Under the pieces are notes generated by a model. It worked only from the letters and a program-made list of their open reading frames with translations, ran no database searches and was not told the DNA's origin. From positions 145,583,741 through 145,647,740 of the forward strand of contig CM041465.1 of assembly GCA_023213395.1 (NCBI GenBank): a stretch of 64,000 nucleotides of DNA, in the 5' to 3' direction. The position numbers were made by a program, and so were the translations under genes. Of the stretch, positions 41,200 to 54,626 are shown in pieces; the first letter of the stretch is position 1, and each line of letters begins with the position of its first letter. This stretch comes from Cycas panzhihuaensis. Taxonomy: Eukaryota; Plantae; Cycadophyta.

Positions 41200-42500
41200 A
41201 ACACTCTGTGGCTATGCATGTTGATTTTCAGTGATTAAGATCCTGGTTAAGGGAATAGTAAATCAGTTTCCCTTCAAACAAGGGGTTTAAAAACAAGGGT
41301 AGAACTATGAAGAATCTAATGGGAAAAAACAACGTTGGTGTTATTGAAGTGTGGGAGCTCGAGATAGATAAAATGAGTTTTTATAAGGGGTATTCATTGT
41401 ACAAGGAGATGAAAGCCGATGAAGTGAGGATGGCAGGTTTAGAACATCCTACTAAGGAAAGTTCGTAAGAGGTTAAGGAACACATAAGTAGAGAATTGAA
41501 CTAGGTTTGTGAAGGGGAATTGGGTTTTGTCTTGCAAAGAACCTAGAGTTAAGGGGATTAGGAGTTTGGACAAATATGGGATAAGGGAGAGAGGGTCTCT
41601 ACAACTCTTAAGCATGGAAATGAGAGAGGACATATGAAACCACCAAATGAAATGTGCATGTGCAACATAAGGTGTATGTCAAATACCTTGTTAAATTTGC
41701 TTGATTGTATGGACTCTTCCTTGGGTTACTCAAGTTCTTCTTTATAATGACAAATGAGTCCTCCTTGCTTTGTGAAATCCTACTCTTCCTCATAGCACTG
41801 GAAGGGTCCTTGAACCTAAGTTGATTCTTCTTCATATCCCTATACAACTGCTAGAATTTCCCTATCAAGGGCCTGTTCTTTTTGTTCTTATATCAGTAGA
41901 TCTACCTACTCTAATTTGCTCATGCACCGATTGATGTTGATGTGCCTCCTCTTGATGTTCATCTTCTTTGTGATGTGCTTCTCCTTGGTATTGACTTTCT
42001 ACATCCTCTAGAAATGGGTTGTTTTGAATTTCATTGTCTTCCTCGCATTTATCAATTGCTATGCAAAATGAAACCTGAAACCACATCCATTTACTAAGTA
42101 CTCTTGGTTTGCTTGATCAATTAATAAACCAATCAAGAGCCTCTCTTGTCAAGTATTGCTGAACACACAGTCCATAAACTTCTAACTCTGTATCTGGTGA
42201 GAGTCTGCAATATTCATCAACATGTTGAAGCCATTGCATAACTTTCATGCTTCCTCTCAGAAGAAATCTTGGCTACTTTGAAATTTTCCCATTAAGCGAA
42301 AACTTTATACTACTTTTCTAGGTTCTCCATTTTTTTTGTCAACAAGAGCTACAACTTTAAGGATTAAAATTTACACCAAAGGTTGGTCAGAACTATACCA
42401 TATGATCATTCAAATCAATCGTCTCTAAACCAAGATACCAATGGTTCAGACGACATTGAAATACAATACCAGTAGCTACAGTTATGGATGAAAATGTCTA
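41200..42500 (-). mobile_element. Internal fragment of the same non-autonomous LTR family
   Basis: Shares blocks ...CACCAAATGAAATGTGCATGTGCAA... and ...CCAATGGTTCAGAC... with 5330-6240 (same strand) and 45890-46680 (opposite strand). Confidence 0.6.
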
Positions 42501-43407
42501 GTACCCCTTTTGAAAACCCAACTAAAAAAAAAAAAAAGAGAAAAATTAAAGGACTTGAGCCCTTTTTCAAAACTTAACTCTTGGTCATTTAGGGTCTTCT
42601 CATGACCTCCTACTAGCTTTAGCAGGGGTGGACTTGAAATAAAAATCAAATTTAATTAAATTAAAAAAGAAACTTTGTAAAAAATAATATATCTATAGTT
42701 TTAGAAAAAATATGATGAACTCTCCTACGCAAAGTCAACAGTGAATGAAATATCACGATTCTTGTGCTCTAGTCATGATTCTTACATCCTACAACCATCA
42801 TAATGGGCCAAACCCTCCTTTTCCTATCATGGGTGTTTCCTGTTGAGAAAAAATAATATGAACAAATGAAGCCTTATTCTCATTATCTCACACATATAAA
42901 TACATCAGGTTTACAAAAGAGGTCAAGTACATATAAGCCAATGTAGTGCAGGGCGTCTCTACTATTGCTTTTATCTCTGCATTAATGAATCTCCATCTAT
43001 GCCTAATGTTGGTGAATCTCCTCCAATTGAGTTTCTTGCCTAGTAATACTCTAGCCTATTGCAATGGAATGGCACTTCCAAGTCCTCACCTCATAGACAG
43101 ATAGCCTCCCACCCACCAATGAAAATCCATACTCTATGATTCATGGTCACCCTAAAACGATGCCACCTCTACAATTTCTACAGACTGTAGGTGCAAATAC
43201 ACCTCCCCGATTTTACAAATGTGGGTTGTTTCCTTTTCGCCCATTAGACTATGGATATCATTTACAAAACTTAGTGAAACTCCAGACATAGCTTTGACCT
43301 TCTATTCTTGACATAAACTCCATGCACCAAATCAAATATTTTGCTTGATTCAACAGCAACACGACATTAAACACAAAGGCTTCTTCAAAACCCTGGCCAC
43401 GAACGCG

Positions 43408-43818
43408 ACTCTGATACCATTGTAGTGGTGCCCATACACATGACAGATACTCCACAGAATAATAATTGAAATTGCAGTGGTAGTCAAATTATAATAGTTA
43501 TATAATAATAATATTAGATGAAACATCCAATAGTAGTAATGCCCTCTTCGAGGCGAGGGTGTCCTTCCAATTGGCACAGCATGCCCTAATGGCACTTGAC
43601 CATTAGTCCCATGTCAAATATTAAATTCTCCAAGATGCTCATAAATGAATAAGGCTCCTCTATTTATAGCCTTCCTTTTCTCTCTCTAAAACTATCCCTT
43701 AATTCTCTCTCCTAAAATACCAACTTCATATTAAATAATTCCTCCTTTATCTTCCCAAAAACTGACTTCACCTCATTTCTAAAAATATCGACTTCTTCAG
43801 AGTTTTAGGAACGTAGCA
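43408..43818 (-). mobile_element. 5' LTR plus iMet PBS of a truncated LTR element
   Basis: LTR at 43421-43818 carries CCCTCTTCGAGGCGA; ACTCTGATACCA at 43408-43419. Confidence 0.75.
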
Positions 43819-44581
43819 GAGAGCATACAATGACATCATCTTTTACCTTCAAATGCTTTGCAAAAGCTCAGCATTTGAATCTTTCCATACCGCAATGGAA
43901 CACTAGGAGATCCCAACACTATTTCCAACAATTGTTTTAATAAAAAGCTATTGACATTCCACATCCTCACCCATTCAAATCGCAACATTCATGGCCTTAA
44001 GGTTGCACACCTCACTAGCCTTCTATGGACACTCACGAAGAATAAAAAGAACCAAATATTGAGTGATTGGTCTATTTGACTGGGTTAGCATCCCTACAAT
44101 TAAACCCTCCTTGGCCTAGAGCAAATAAAATATTCTTTCCTTTCTAATTGAAATCACTTGCAATCTACAATAAAATTCAAAACAACCAAAATCTCATACA
44201 AGCACTACAACATTTCTCCCAAATGTTGGTTGAGCCCATTTATTCTCTCTCTTTTAGGTCGACCTCTAATTCTCTCTCTTAAAAACTAACTTCTACCATG
44301 TCATTTAATGCTTCTATTTATAGGATGCTTAACCCCGTTATATTCATTCATTATAAGGACTTTATCCAAGTCTATAATTTTCAACCCTAGTTGAGGTTGC
44401 ACTAGAGGACACCTCACCTTAAAGAGGGTACTTTCTGTAAAACTCAATATTTTGATATATCATTTAATATTATTTGGTTTCAAGGATTCTATTTGGTTGG
44501 TATATATTCAGTGGTTATTCTGTTTGGTGTATTACTAATAATTATTTTGTCTTAAGTAATGTTGTCATATCTAAAAATAGT

Positions 44582-47500
44582 TGTTGCATTCCTAAATTTT
44601 GAAGAAGTTGGTGAAGTCGATTTTAAAGAAGATAAAGGAAGAATTATTTAATGTATATTTATTATGAAGTTGGTATTTTTAGGAGAATAATCATTGCATT
44701 CCTAAATTATATGAGGTCAATATTTTGAGGAGAGAATTACAAATTGGATTTAGAGAGAAAAAATAAGGCTATAAATAGAGGAGCCTCATTCATTTGTAAA
44801 TCATCTTTGGAGAATTTGATATTTGTATCTAGATTAAAGGCCTAGATCCATTAGGACATTGTTGTGCCATTTTTTGGAGGAAACCCTCGCCTCGAAGAGG
44901 GCAAGATACTGTTGTTATTTTATTTGATATATAATATTTACTATGCCAAGTTTAATATTAATCTAATAGTATTAAGTGGTGTTATTATATCTAAATTACT
45001 ATGGATATCTATTGTTATTTATGATGAGATGCTTTTATAAATTATCTATAGTGTAAATGTTATTTTTTTTGTTTGTAAGTAGTGAGCATCACCAAAAGTG
45101 GTATTAGAGCTTTGTTTTGGCCTATCAAGGATCTGCATTTTTAGGAGTATAAACAAAAGAATTAAGGAAAACTAGCCACAAATTTGAGTCATCTAGACCT
45201 ATTCTATAAATTTTTAATGGTTATACTATAGGTTTTGGAGCAAAATTACGAAAATTGCAAGAAATTTAATTTCGACCTATTGTCCATCTCTATCTTTAGG
45301 GCCTAAAATCTGCTACCGTATAGTCGTAATTTTCGTTGCAGGTATCTAATTGACCTTAAATATTTTTTGATTCTATGCACTCGATGTCTACTTTCTCTTG
45401 GAAGTGGTTTTAAATCCATTGGATATTGGAGTAAAAAGCTATAAGCATTTTAATAATAGGTACTATTGCAATCCCTAAAAACCCTAATTGTGACCCACAT
45501 TAAAAGGGTCGTAACAACTGCTATAAGTATCCAAATGACCTCAATTTTTCTTTTATTTGGTGTAGCTTCAAGCATAGATTACTAAAGAAAAATAAATTTT
45601 CGATTTAAAGATCTAGTTCAAAAGTTATTGCTATTTTAGTGGAGGGTACTGCTACTGCCTTGAAATTCAAAATTTTTATCTAATTAACATGAGCCACTAT
45701 AGGAGCTACAAAGCTCCGAATCACCTCAAACTATGCCCATTAGAAACATTTTGAAGTCCTTTCCATCCTTTCCGCTCTAGAAAAAGAACCACTCAATTTG
45801 GGTTAGTGGACAAAAAGTTGTATCGTTTTTGTTTTGTTTTCAAAAAGGGGTACCTAGACATTTTCATCCATAACTTTTACTGCAGGTACAAAATTATAGA
45901 TTCGTCTAATTCATTAGAATCTTGACTCAAAGACGATCAATTTAAGTGGTCATATGGTACAATTTTGACTAATGCATGGTATAGATTTTAATCCTTGAAG
46001 TTACAATTTCTATTGACAAAGGAAAAAAAATGGAGAACTTAAAAAGATTACTGCGAAGGTTCCATTTAATAGAAAAACTCAACATGTTGAATCATATCAT
46101 AAATTCTCACCAGATACAGAACTTGATATTTATAGACCTTATATTTAGCGATTCTTGACAGGAGAAGCTCTTGATTAGTTTATTGATTGATCTAGCCATA
46201 GTAGAACAATAGTGCCCCCCGATTGATTTTGGTTCCAAGCTTCATTCCAACTAGTTGCTAAGCAATGGAAGCAAAGGCATGAGAAAATTGAAGAGGTCAA
46301 AGAAGCAAAGCAAGAAGACGAACACACAAAAGAAGAGGGAAAACAAACCATTGAACATTCAGGAATCCTTGCAAAAACATGAAGAAGAACTAGTCAGATG
46401 GAACAACATGGCAACATTGAAGACACAGAGAAGGAGCAAATGACAATTGATTATTCAATAGAAGAATCTAACAAGATACTAGTTGAGACCAAGGAATTGT
46501 TCAAGGTAGAAACTACGCAGGATGCAAAAGGAACCAAATAACCAAGTGAATGCCATAAGGTACTCAACATGGTTCTTAATCCTGTTTTGCACATGCACAT
46601 TTCATTTGGTAGTTTCATCTGTCCTCTCTCATTTCCATGCTCAATAGTGGTAAAGAAGCCCTCTCCCCTTTCTCCCATAGCTATCCAAACTTCTAAATCC
46701 CTTAACTCTAGGTTCTTCGTAGGGCAAATCCCAATCTCCCTTTACAACCCCAGTTTAATTCCCTACTTACACATTCCTTCATTCCCTAGAGACCTTCCTC
46801 AATAGGATATTCTAAACCTTCCATCCTCACTTCATCAAACTTCATCTCTTAGTACAATGATTAACGCTTATAAAAACTCATCTTGTCAATCCCGACCTCC
46901 TCCAATTCTATACCACCAACATTGTTTTTTTCCATTTAATCCTTCATATAATTCCATCCCTATTTTTAAACACCCACTAAAATCTTTATCCCATAAAGAG
47001 CATCTATCATTGATCCCACATCTATCTCTTTCCACAAAAAATTCTAGCGGTCCAACCAACACTTTAGTAATCCCAATCTCTATTTGAATCAATTTCCAAG
47101 CCTCATGTGCTTTCTATAATATATCTTTTTCATCTTGGTTTTCTATGTTTTCAAATCTATGGCTGATCATCCCTCAGAACCTCACTTCTCCCACTCCCTC
47201 TCACGCTATGCAATCTTCAATCCATGATCCTTATGAGCAATTTTTTTCTAGACTCCCAAAACTACATCATAACCTTCTGCAAAACAATTCTCAGTATTCC
47301 CATCACCTGCCATTCCATCAACCATGTCATATGAGGACAAAATGTGCAAACACAAAACAAGATCAAGGCCAAGCATCAGAGGCACCACACAAGTTGCTAG
47401 ATCACTTCAATATAGGGCAACATACAACATGTACCTAGTCCTAGGAATAAGCATCTACAAATTTAAGTCACTCACCAGCAATTTCTAATAGAAGCTGCAA

Positions 47501-48151
47501 GATTAGACCCAATTTTTATGATATATAAGATTTAGCAAGCGACAGTTGGATCCACTGGTCAAAGCTAGACTAAACAAGTTCTATACGCAACTACCTATGC
47601 TTCGAGGGCAAAGTATTTCAAAAAGAGGAGAGTTGTTACATTCCTAAATTCTAAAAAAGTTGAAATCAATTTTTAGGAAGATAAAGGAAGAATTATTTAA
47701 TGTACATTTATTATGAAGTTGGTATTTTTAGAAGAATAGTTATTGCATTCCTAAATTAGATGAAGTCTGTATTTTGAGGAGAGAGAATTAGAATTTGGGT
47801 TTAGAGAGAAAAAGTGAAGATATAAATAGAGGAGCCTCATTCATTTGTAAATTATCTTTGGAGAATTTGATATTTAGATCTGGACTAATGGCCTAAAGCC
47901 ATTAAAGCATTGTTGTGCCATTTTGGAAGGAAACCCTTGCCTCGAAGAGGGCAAGATACTACCATTATTTTATCTAATATATACTACTTATTGTGGCAAG
48001 TTTGATATTAATTTGATAGTATTATGTGGTCTATTATTATATTTGAATTAATGTGAATATATGTTGTTATTTATGATGAAATGTTGTTTTTATAAATTAT
48101 ATATGGTGTGAATGCTATATTTTCTATCTATAAGTAGTGGACATCGCCACG
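44582..48151 (+). mobile_element. ~3.6-kb non-autonomous (LARD-like) LTR element with non-coding interior
   Basis: LTRs at ~44582-45096 and 47634-48151 (TGTTGCATTCCTAAATT / TGTTACATTCCTAAATT). PBS TGGTATTAGAGC at 45099-45110 and PPT AAAAAGAGGAGAG. No recognisable gag/pol. Confidence 0.75.
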
Positions 48152-48644
48152 ATAACATAGATCAATGTTTATTTCTTTGGTTTTGGATGTAAATTCCCAT
48201 TGGAATCCCCACAAGTGGTATCCAAACCTCCTCATCAAGATCATTCATTTGTAAATTATATTTGGAGAATTTGATATTTGGATCTGGACTAATGGCCTAA
48301 AGCCATTAAAGCATTGTTGTGCCATTTTGGAAGGAAAACCTTGCCTCGAAGAGGGCAAGATACTACCATTATTTTATCTAATATATACTACTTATTGTGG
48401 CAAGTTTGATATTAATTTGATAGTATTATGTGGTCTACTATTATATTTGAATTACTGTGAATGTATGTTGTTATTTATGATGAGATGTTGTTTTTATAAA
48501 TTATCTATGGTGTGAATGCTGTATTTTCTATCTATAAGTAGTGGGCATCACCACGATAGCATAGATCAATGTTTATTTCATTGGTTTTGGATGTAAATTC
48601 CCATTGGAATCCCCACAAGTGGTATCCAAGCCTCCTGATCAAGA
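47837..48644 (+). repeat. 404-bp tandem duplication spanning an LTR end and the adjacent PBS-like site
   Basis: 47837-48240 is repeated at 48241-48644 with few differences; both copies contain CCCCACAAGTGGTATCCAA. Confidence 0.9.
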
Positions 48645-49500
48645 TTATTCAATTATGAAAGATCAAGTTTTCAACAATCAAACACCTCACTTCAGCAATA
48701 GAAACCAGATTTGTACACTCAAGAAATTCTGAATTTTTCTATCAAAAAATAGATTTCTGCACTTAGAAATCAGAGATTACTACTCAAAAATCTGATCTCT
48801 ATGATCAGAAATTCTTATTTCTACAATCAGAAGACAGATTTCTGTTGTTAAAAATCAGAAATTATTAGTCAAAATCATATTTCAGCAACTAAACAACTCT
48901 GATTTCAGCAAACAAGAAGTCAATTCCAGCAAGCAACAAGTTGATTTTGGTAGACTTTAGCAAGCTACATATAGTTTTCAGTAAAGCAATACACTGAACA
49001 CAGCAGTCTAGAAGCAAATTTAGTGGTAAGATGGTGCAAAAAAATTGCCCAAAATTTTTCCCAAGAATAGAATTGAGATCTAGTAAGACATTAATGTCTG
49101 GCAAGATGGTGAATCAATAATTAGTCGTAGCAGAGGATGTCAACAAAAAATGGATTTTTTAAATGACCAAATAATAGAAAAGAACGACCAATTATAGTAA
49201 GCAGTAAAAAAAGAATTTGAGAAATTTGCAAAACAACTAGTTGACATTAATAAGGCCTTGCAATGAAAAAGATTAAGAGATATGCCTAAGCTTGAAGACA
49301 ACAATAGAGACAAAGACAAAAAGGATAAATGTCACCACAGCAATGAGAAAGGAGATAGAAAAGTTAGACCTAGATCTGACTATGGTCTCAAGAACTCCAA
49401 ATTGTTTTTGGAGAAATTTGACCCACATAATTCAAGACATTTGAAATTGGATCATGCATATATCGAAGTTGGTCAAGTATCTACATCCCTCCAAAAGAAG
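48600..49500 (+). mobile_element. Truncated Reina-like Gypsy leader and gag start
   Basis: PBS-like TGGTATC at 48620. GLKNSKLFLEKFDPHNSR resembles GLKGTKFQLEKFDPDRSRD in the gag of the 30193-35799 element. Confidence 0.6.
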
Positions 49501-49827
49501 AGATGAGGGAGTGTAAAAATGGCACAGATACATAAGACCTTACCACCTTAAACATCCCTCTAGAAACAATAAATCTGTTTGCAAAAAAAGGGAAATAGAG
49601 AGACCCTCAATGATATGAGCTCTTTCGGAAGCAAATAGTCAACAAAATCTCCATTGCTAGACAATAAATCAAAATCCTCCCTTGGTGATCAAATAATCCA
49701 AATCCAAACTATGTTGCTGCTGACTCAAATACACAAGACTATTTGTTATATCTCTGGTTCCTAATCTAACCAAAAGTCTTTCTAAGCATTCACTGCCCCA
49801 TGACATAGAAGATTAGAAGATGAATAC

Positions 49828-49960
49828 CTGTGCTACAGCCTTCATTCAAACCTCTAGCCAAGTAGCGAGTACCGGGGTGAAGTCTACTACGTCTGGCTAT
49901 AAGAGCAACAACCACTTCTTGATGATTTGAGTCTGCAAAGTTTCTGCACTCCGCAAAACC
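49828..49960 (-). CDS. SAC9: SAC9-like phosphatase, 133-nt internal exon (presumed exon 3), absent from the ORF track
   Basis: Minus strand reads cttatggcAG|GGT TTT GCG...AGC ACA G|GTattc = GFAECRNFADSNHQEVVVALIARRSRLHPGTRYLARGLNEGCST+G, containing the SAC-domain motif ARRSRLHPGTRYLARG. Phases 0 and 1 join both neighbouring exons in frame. Confidence 0.93.
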
Positions 49961-52019
49961 CTGCCATAAGATGAAACATAAGACCTTCTGTATTGAGATT
50001 AATTATGAGAAAAGCATTTTGACTAAATTCTCACAATTCTCAATCAATATGCCCTCCAGTAGAATTAGCATCCTTGAAGGTCAAAACCAATCAAGCACAT
50101 TTCAAATTCAATAACCTGAACTCATATCTGCAACTTATTATTGCAATATCTAGCAAGTGAAAGTGACATGCTTTACAGCTGACATCTCTGGTCACAGTGC
50201 AAGTGCGCCATCCCTTCAAATTCTTTACAGCCAACATCTTGCAGAGAGGTTCATTCCCTTACTCCTTTGAGGTTTATGCAGGCCAAAACTCCAGTTAGCA
50301 AGTTGAAGTTGGGCTACGGAGACTTTAACAGTCAAGACATCTAGTTTCCAAATTTATGGCTATATGCCAAGAGTGAGGCCATTACAAACCTGTTGGGCAT
50401 CCTCACATCATCTAATAAGCTGATAGGATATGGCCCGTGCCTTGAATTCATAGATGCATATGGCGCATTGGTGTTTGTACAAAGATTAGATTTCATTCTA
50501 AATAAGCCACAGATTGGATAAGTCTGTTACATGGTTGAGATAGGTGATTATATCATTCTGGAAACACAACTAAGCCACCATATGTGAAGTAGACGCCTGC
50601 AGTAATAGCATTCAATAATCAGACCATTGGTGGGCATCGAGAGGACCTAGGTTACAAGGAATTTCATATTCAGCAAGTTAACAGTTGATTTCCAGATTAC
50701 AAGTTTCAGTTAATGCCAATAAGTGGCCTTCTTTCACTGGCAGACTAGTTTACTCTTCTACTTTCAGTATTCTATTGCATTTTTATCTCACACTGAAGGA
50801 AGGTTGTTATACCATAACACATTGAATCCATAGCCAATAAGGTATACCCATAGTCTGTTCTGGCTATGTCACCCTGCATAGGGGTATGCTGCACTAAATA
50901 CCATCCCCACAACCATATCTGGCCTCATCAGCACATGCTCCTACAAACCCTTAAATATCCTAGAAATCTTAGAACACCTAAATACACTAGTCTAATTATC
51001 TTATTTAAGATTTGATTGACCAGTGCTTCTCTCTTTTCAGACCTCATGTACGTCTAGTTCCAGACCACCTAGCGATCATACATTTATATTTTTTTTGGTA
51101 AACATATTTTTGTCATATACCTATATTCGATAAAGTTCTAACTTATCATATCTGTAGCTGTACCCAAACAGACGTGTCATGCAAATTGGCATTCTTCCTT
51201 GCATGTGTTCTCCTTTTATTAGAGCCTGTTCTTCATTTCCTGCTTTTGTTTTTTCATTTATCATGTTCACTCTCAGCAGGTCTTTCCCAATGTTAGTGAG
51301 CCTGAAGCAAGGTAAAATCCAATAGAAGTTAGAAGAGACAAGCATTACCAGACAACAGATCTCAGAGGAAATCAAAACAACAAATGATAGTGAGTGGGAA
51401 CCCAAATCAGAGGCCAGGTTTGTGGAAGGATTCTCAAGATCAAAGGAAAGGGCTGGCCGTATGAAAATGTGGAAGTATAAGCATTTTGGTTGCCATTATG
51501 TCATTTGTCACACTAACGTATTATTATGTCTACTGGGTTAGTAGGGAGTACACGTGTCAGTACTTGCATGTGAGTTTGTGACTACTTAGTTTTTATGAAG
51601 ACACTGCATTATCAATGATAAAGGTAGGTTCCTTAAACCCACTATAAAAATATTCTACATGGGAATGCCAACTATTCTAGCCTCTTTGACTCCCTCCCCT
51701 GCTCCTTTTATTGGAGCGACAAATACTTTTCATCACCACACTTGCCGATTTGCATGCCAGTTCAGGTATAAAGCAGTAATGGTATTTAACTTTTGGTAAC
51801 GCAGACTACTTGGCCTTGAGGATATTACTAAAGTATCATATCATATCACATTAATATTAATACAAAACATGTCCTAATCTGCTTTCTCTCTCAACTGCTT
51901 CTACCAGAAGTTTTCTCTTTATTATGTTGAGAATAAGCAATCTTTAAACAAGTATGTTGCAAACACACATAAATCCATTATGCTCTGAAGTTGGAACTGG
52001 AGCCCCTCGTTGGTCCCAA

Positions 52020-52566
52020 CTATGTTATTGGAAATGCCAATTTCCCTGGCATTTCCCAATTTCCAAAACACAGAAGCTCGAAAATGGCCAGAAAACATTC
52101 CCAGGCCATTTCCAGAAACAGACATTTCTGGGCTGTCTAAGGACCATTTTGTGCCCTTCTATTAAAAATATTTATTTTACTATTTTTGTACACACACATA
52201 ATTGATGTCTATATGTACACATAATATATATATATTTTATAAATGACATTTTTACACACATATGCACGCGCGAACGCACACACACATGCACGCGCGCGCA
52301 CACACACACACATATATAATTTCTTATATTATATATAATGTGTATTTTTTTCATAATAGAAATATAAATAAATAAATATATAAATGCATAACATACACAC
52401 ACACACACACACAAAAGCATACATACATGCATAAATGTATGTATATATATATATATATATATATTGGAAAACCTAATTTGATGTTTTCCAGGTTTCCAGG
52501 TTTTTTTGGAAAGTGGCATTTGTGTTTTCTGTTCCCGTTTCCATTTCCAAATTTCTAGTAACCTAG
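52020..52566. mobile_element. hAT-like MITE (547 bp) with a microsatellite core
   Basis: Imperfect TIRs CTATGTTATTGGAAAT / ATTTCTAGTAACCTAG. 8-bp TSD GGTCCCAA (52012-52019) / GGTCCCAG (52567-52574). Subterminal GGAAA/TTTCC motifs. Confidence 0.78.
52189..52464. repeat. Compound (CA)n/(CG)n/(TA)n microsatellite
   Basis: cacacacatatgcacgcgcgaacgcacacacacatgcacgcgcgcgcacacacacacacatatat plus TA runs. Confidence 0.9.
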
Positions 52567-52905
52567 GGTCCCAGCAAACACAAACTCTTATATCACACAT
52601 TCAAGTAGGGAAAACCAAACCCACAGTGTCATAAAAGCAAAAAAGAAAAGCGAGGCATCAACTCGGAGAATCCAAATAATAGCAACTTAAGGAACCAAAG
52701 ATACAACATATGACACAACATGATTTATGGCCAACACTTTGTAGAGATTTTTGTATCACTATAGGAAGCAAGAATCTTCCAATCAAATATATATCCAGCA
52801 CTCCAAAACACCATCAGCATGTTATTCATTTCCACTAAGTTCGAAAAGAATTTAATTAGAACCATAAATATGATATCAACAAGAACTCAGAGAACATAGA
52901 TAAAC

Positions 52906-53504
52906 CTGCAAAAGAATAATGCAATGCTGCAGTAATCCTATTTCCTTAAATGCTGATGACAACCAGCCATTCCAAACGAACTCCTCATCTGGATCCAAAA
53001 CTGATGCAGCACTTGGAAAAGGCCTCGTAATATCTCTGGTCTCACAAAAGTAGTGCTTCCCATCAATGTCAATGTCTGTCAAATCTTGAATATTTTTCAA
53101 TTCTCCTTTACACTGAGCCTGTGGATTCTGAAGTTGGATTTTAAACCATTGACTCTCTGTTACAGTACAAACACATCCACCCCCAGGCAATTCTGGAATT
53201 GAAACTGCTAACTTTGTAGCAACAAGGAGTACAGCAGTGCTTCCCAATGCTGCGTAGCCCAAAATAGCTCTCGCATATACAGTGTTTTTGCAAAGCCAAT
53301 GTGACCCTGCTGTCACAAACTGTAGAGCTTCTGCTTCCGAAGGAAATATGTCAAAACCCTGTCTCCCTGTGTAATCCAGTGCACCAGTTGATGGATCAAT
53401 GTATATAACTTGTGTGTCTCTTCTCGTTGATAGGCTCACTATTATGTAAAATTCACCAGATTCCAGCTCCACAATAACCACAGATGTATCCCTTGAAGTA
53501 TGAG
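52906..53504 (-). CDS. SAC9: SAC9-like phosphoinositide phosphatase, internal exon (presumed exon 2; N-terminal SAC domain)
   Basis: Translation SRDTSVVIVELESGEFYIIVSLSTRRDTQVIYIDPSTG...DIDGKHYFCETRDITRPFPS...HCIILLQ resembles the plant SAC9 N-terminus as I recall it. Acceptor ttttttgatgtAG| at 53505-53506 follows a T-rich tract; donor CAG|GT at 52904-52905. Length 599 nt (phase 1 to phase 0). Confidence 0.93.
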
Positions 53505-54189
53505 CTACATCAAAAAACCCAAAAGTTTCATTGAGTAATGACAAAAAAAAAAAAATAATCCCCCAAATAAAAACACTTGAAGTGAAAACACGTATGTCAC
53601 CAAAGACCTGAGACCAATGCAATAGAGAAAAATGAAAAAGAAACAAGAACAGGTAAACATATTATATCAAGCCTTTACTTTGCTTTGACATACAGCTAAC
53701 AGAAAAAAGGCTCTACTTGTCTTTTTCAAGCTCTAAAGAGCAGAAAATGTGTTCACAAATTTAGAATAATGGTCATTCAAAGTCAAGAAACAGCCTCCAA
53801 AATACTTGAAATCACGGGCTATTCATAAAGAGGACTCCAAAGTTCATTACTTATCCTGGACTTTCACTTGGCTACAAGGACAATGTGTCATAGAGCAGAT
53901 TTGGTATTCTGTAAGTAGAAAACAGCTGTCTTGTGGAAAAAACACACAATTTTCTCCTTAATTACTAGGGTACACAGGGGCCAGAAAATGCACCAAATGC
54001 AGCATACCAAATCTACATTTAATCCATCAAGGCACACACTAATCATGGTGGACACTCATTTCAAGAGGCAATCTCCCAAATAAACATTTGATTGGTTTTG
54101 TGCACAAGGTCTATTACCCACTATGTCAAGGGGCCTCAGTTTCGGATCATGCCAAGGTCCATCATTTTCAAGGGGATGGTGGATGAAAC

Positions 54190-54600
54190 GCACCTGCACA
54201 ATCTTTTGGAAGGAAAAGAAAGCAAAGTAGAACAAAAGACACAAAATATAGCTCTAATACCAGCAATTTGGAGAATTATATAATGTCTATAGTTAATATG
54301 TGTAAAATAATTGAAAGTACAGATTAAGTACAATTGATAAGATAATACTAGTAATACTTCCCTCTTCAAGGTGAGGTTCCTTCCAGAGAAAATGCAACCC
54401 TAATGCCAAAAATACAGCAACCAAGACTTTGGTTCTGATGAGCTAGAATGAGCCCCAATATTCCTTTATATAGGCAGGATAAAGTTTAGATAAAAGTCGG
54501 CCAAAAGGTGGAGTGTAGGTCGGCCAAAAAGGGTAGCTTAAGTCAGTCGAATCCCTATTAGAAGTTGGCCAGAATTAACAGCATCCATGACTGTTTTATT
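54190..54600 (-). mobile_element. Degenerate LTR related to the Reina-like LTRs (possible solo LTR); boundaries approximate
   Basis: CCCTCTTCAAGGTGAGGTTCC, CCAAGACTT and repeated AGTCGGCCAAAA motifs, as in 30193-30738. Confidence 0.55.
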
Positions 54601-54626
54601 AGAACAATAATAATGTTCTATCTTTT

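Noticed and set aside
52172-52600. 142-aa ORF with CVCVC and YIYI runs
   Set aside because: Translation of a microsatellite.
53505-53646. N-terminal extension MFLFHFSLL... of ORF 52876-53646 as the SAC9 start or a signal peptide
   Set aside because: It is read-through into the T-rich intron acceptor tract; SAC9 similarity begins after the AG at 53505-53506.
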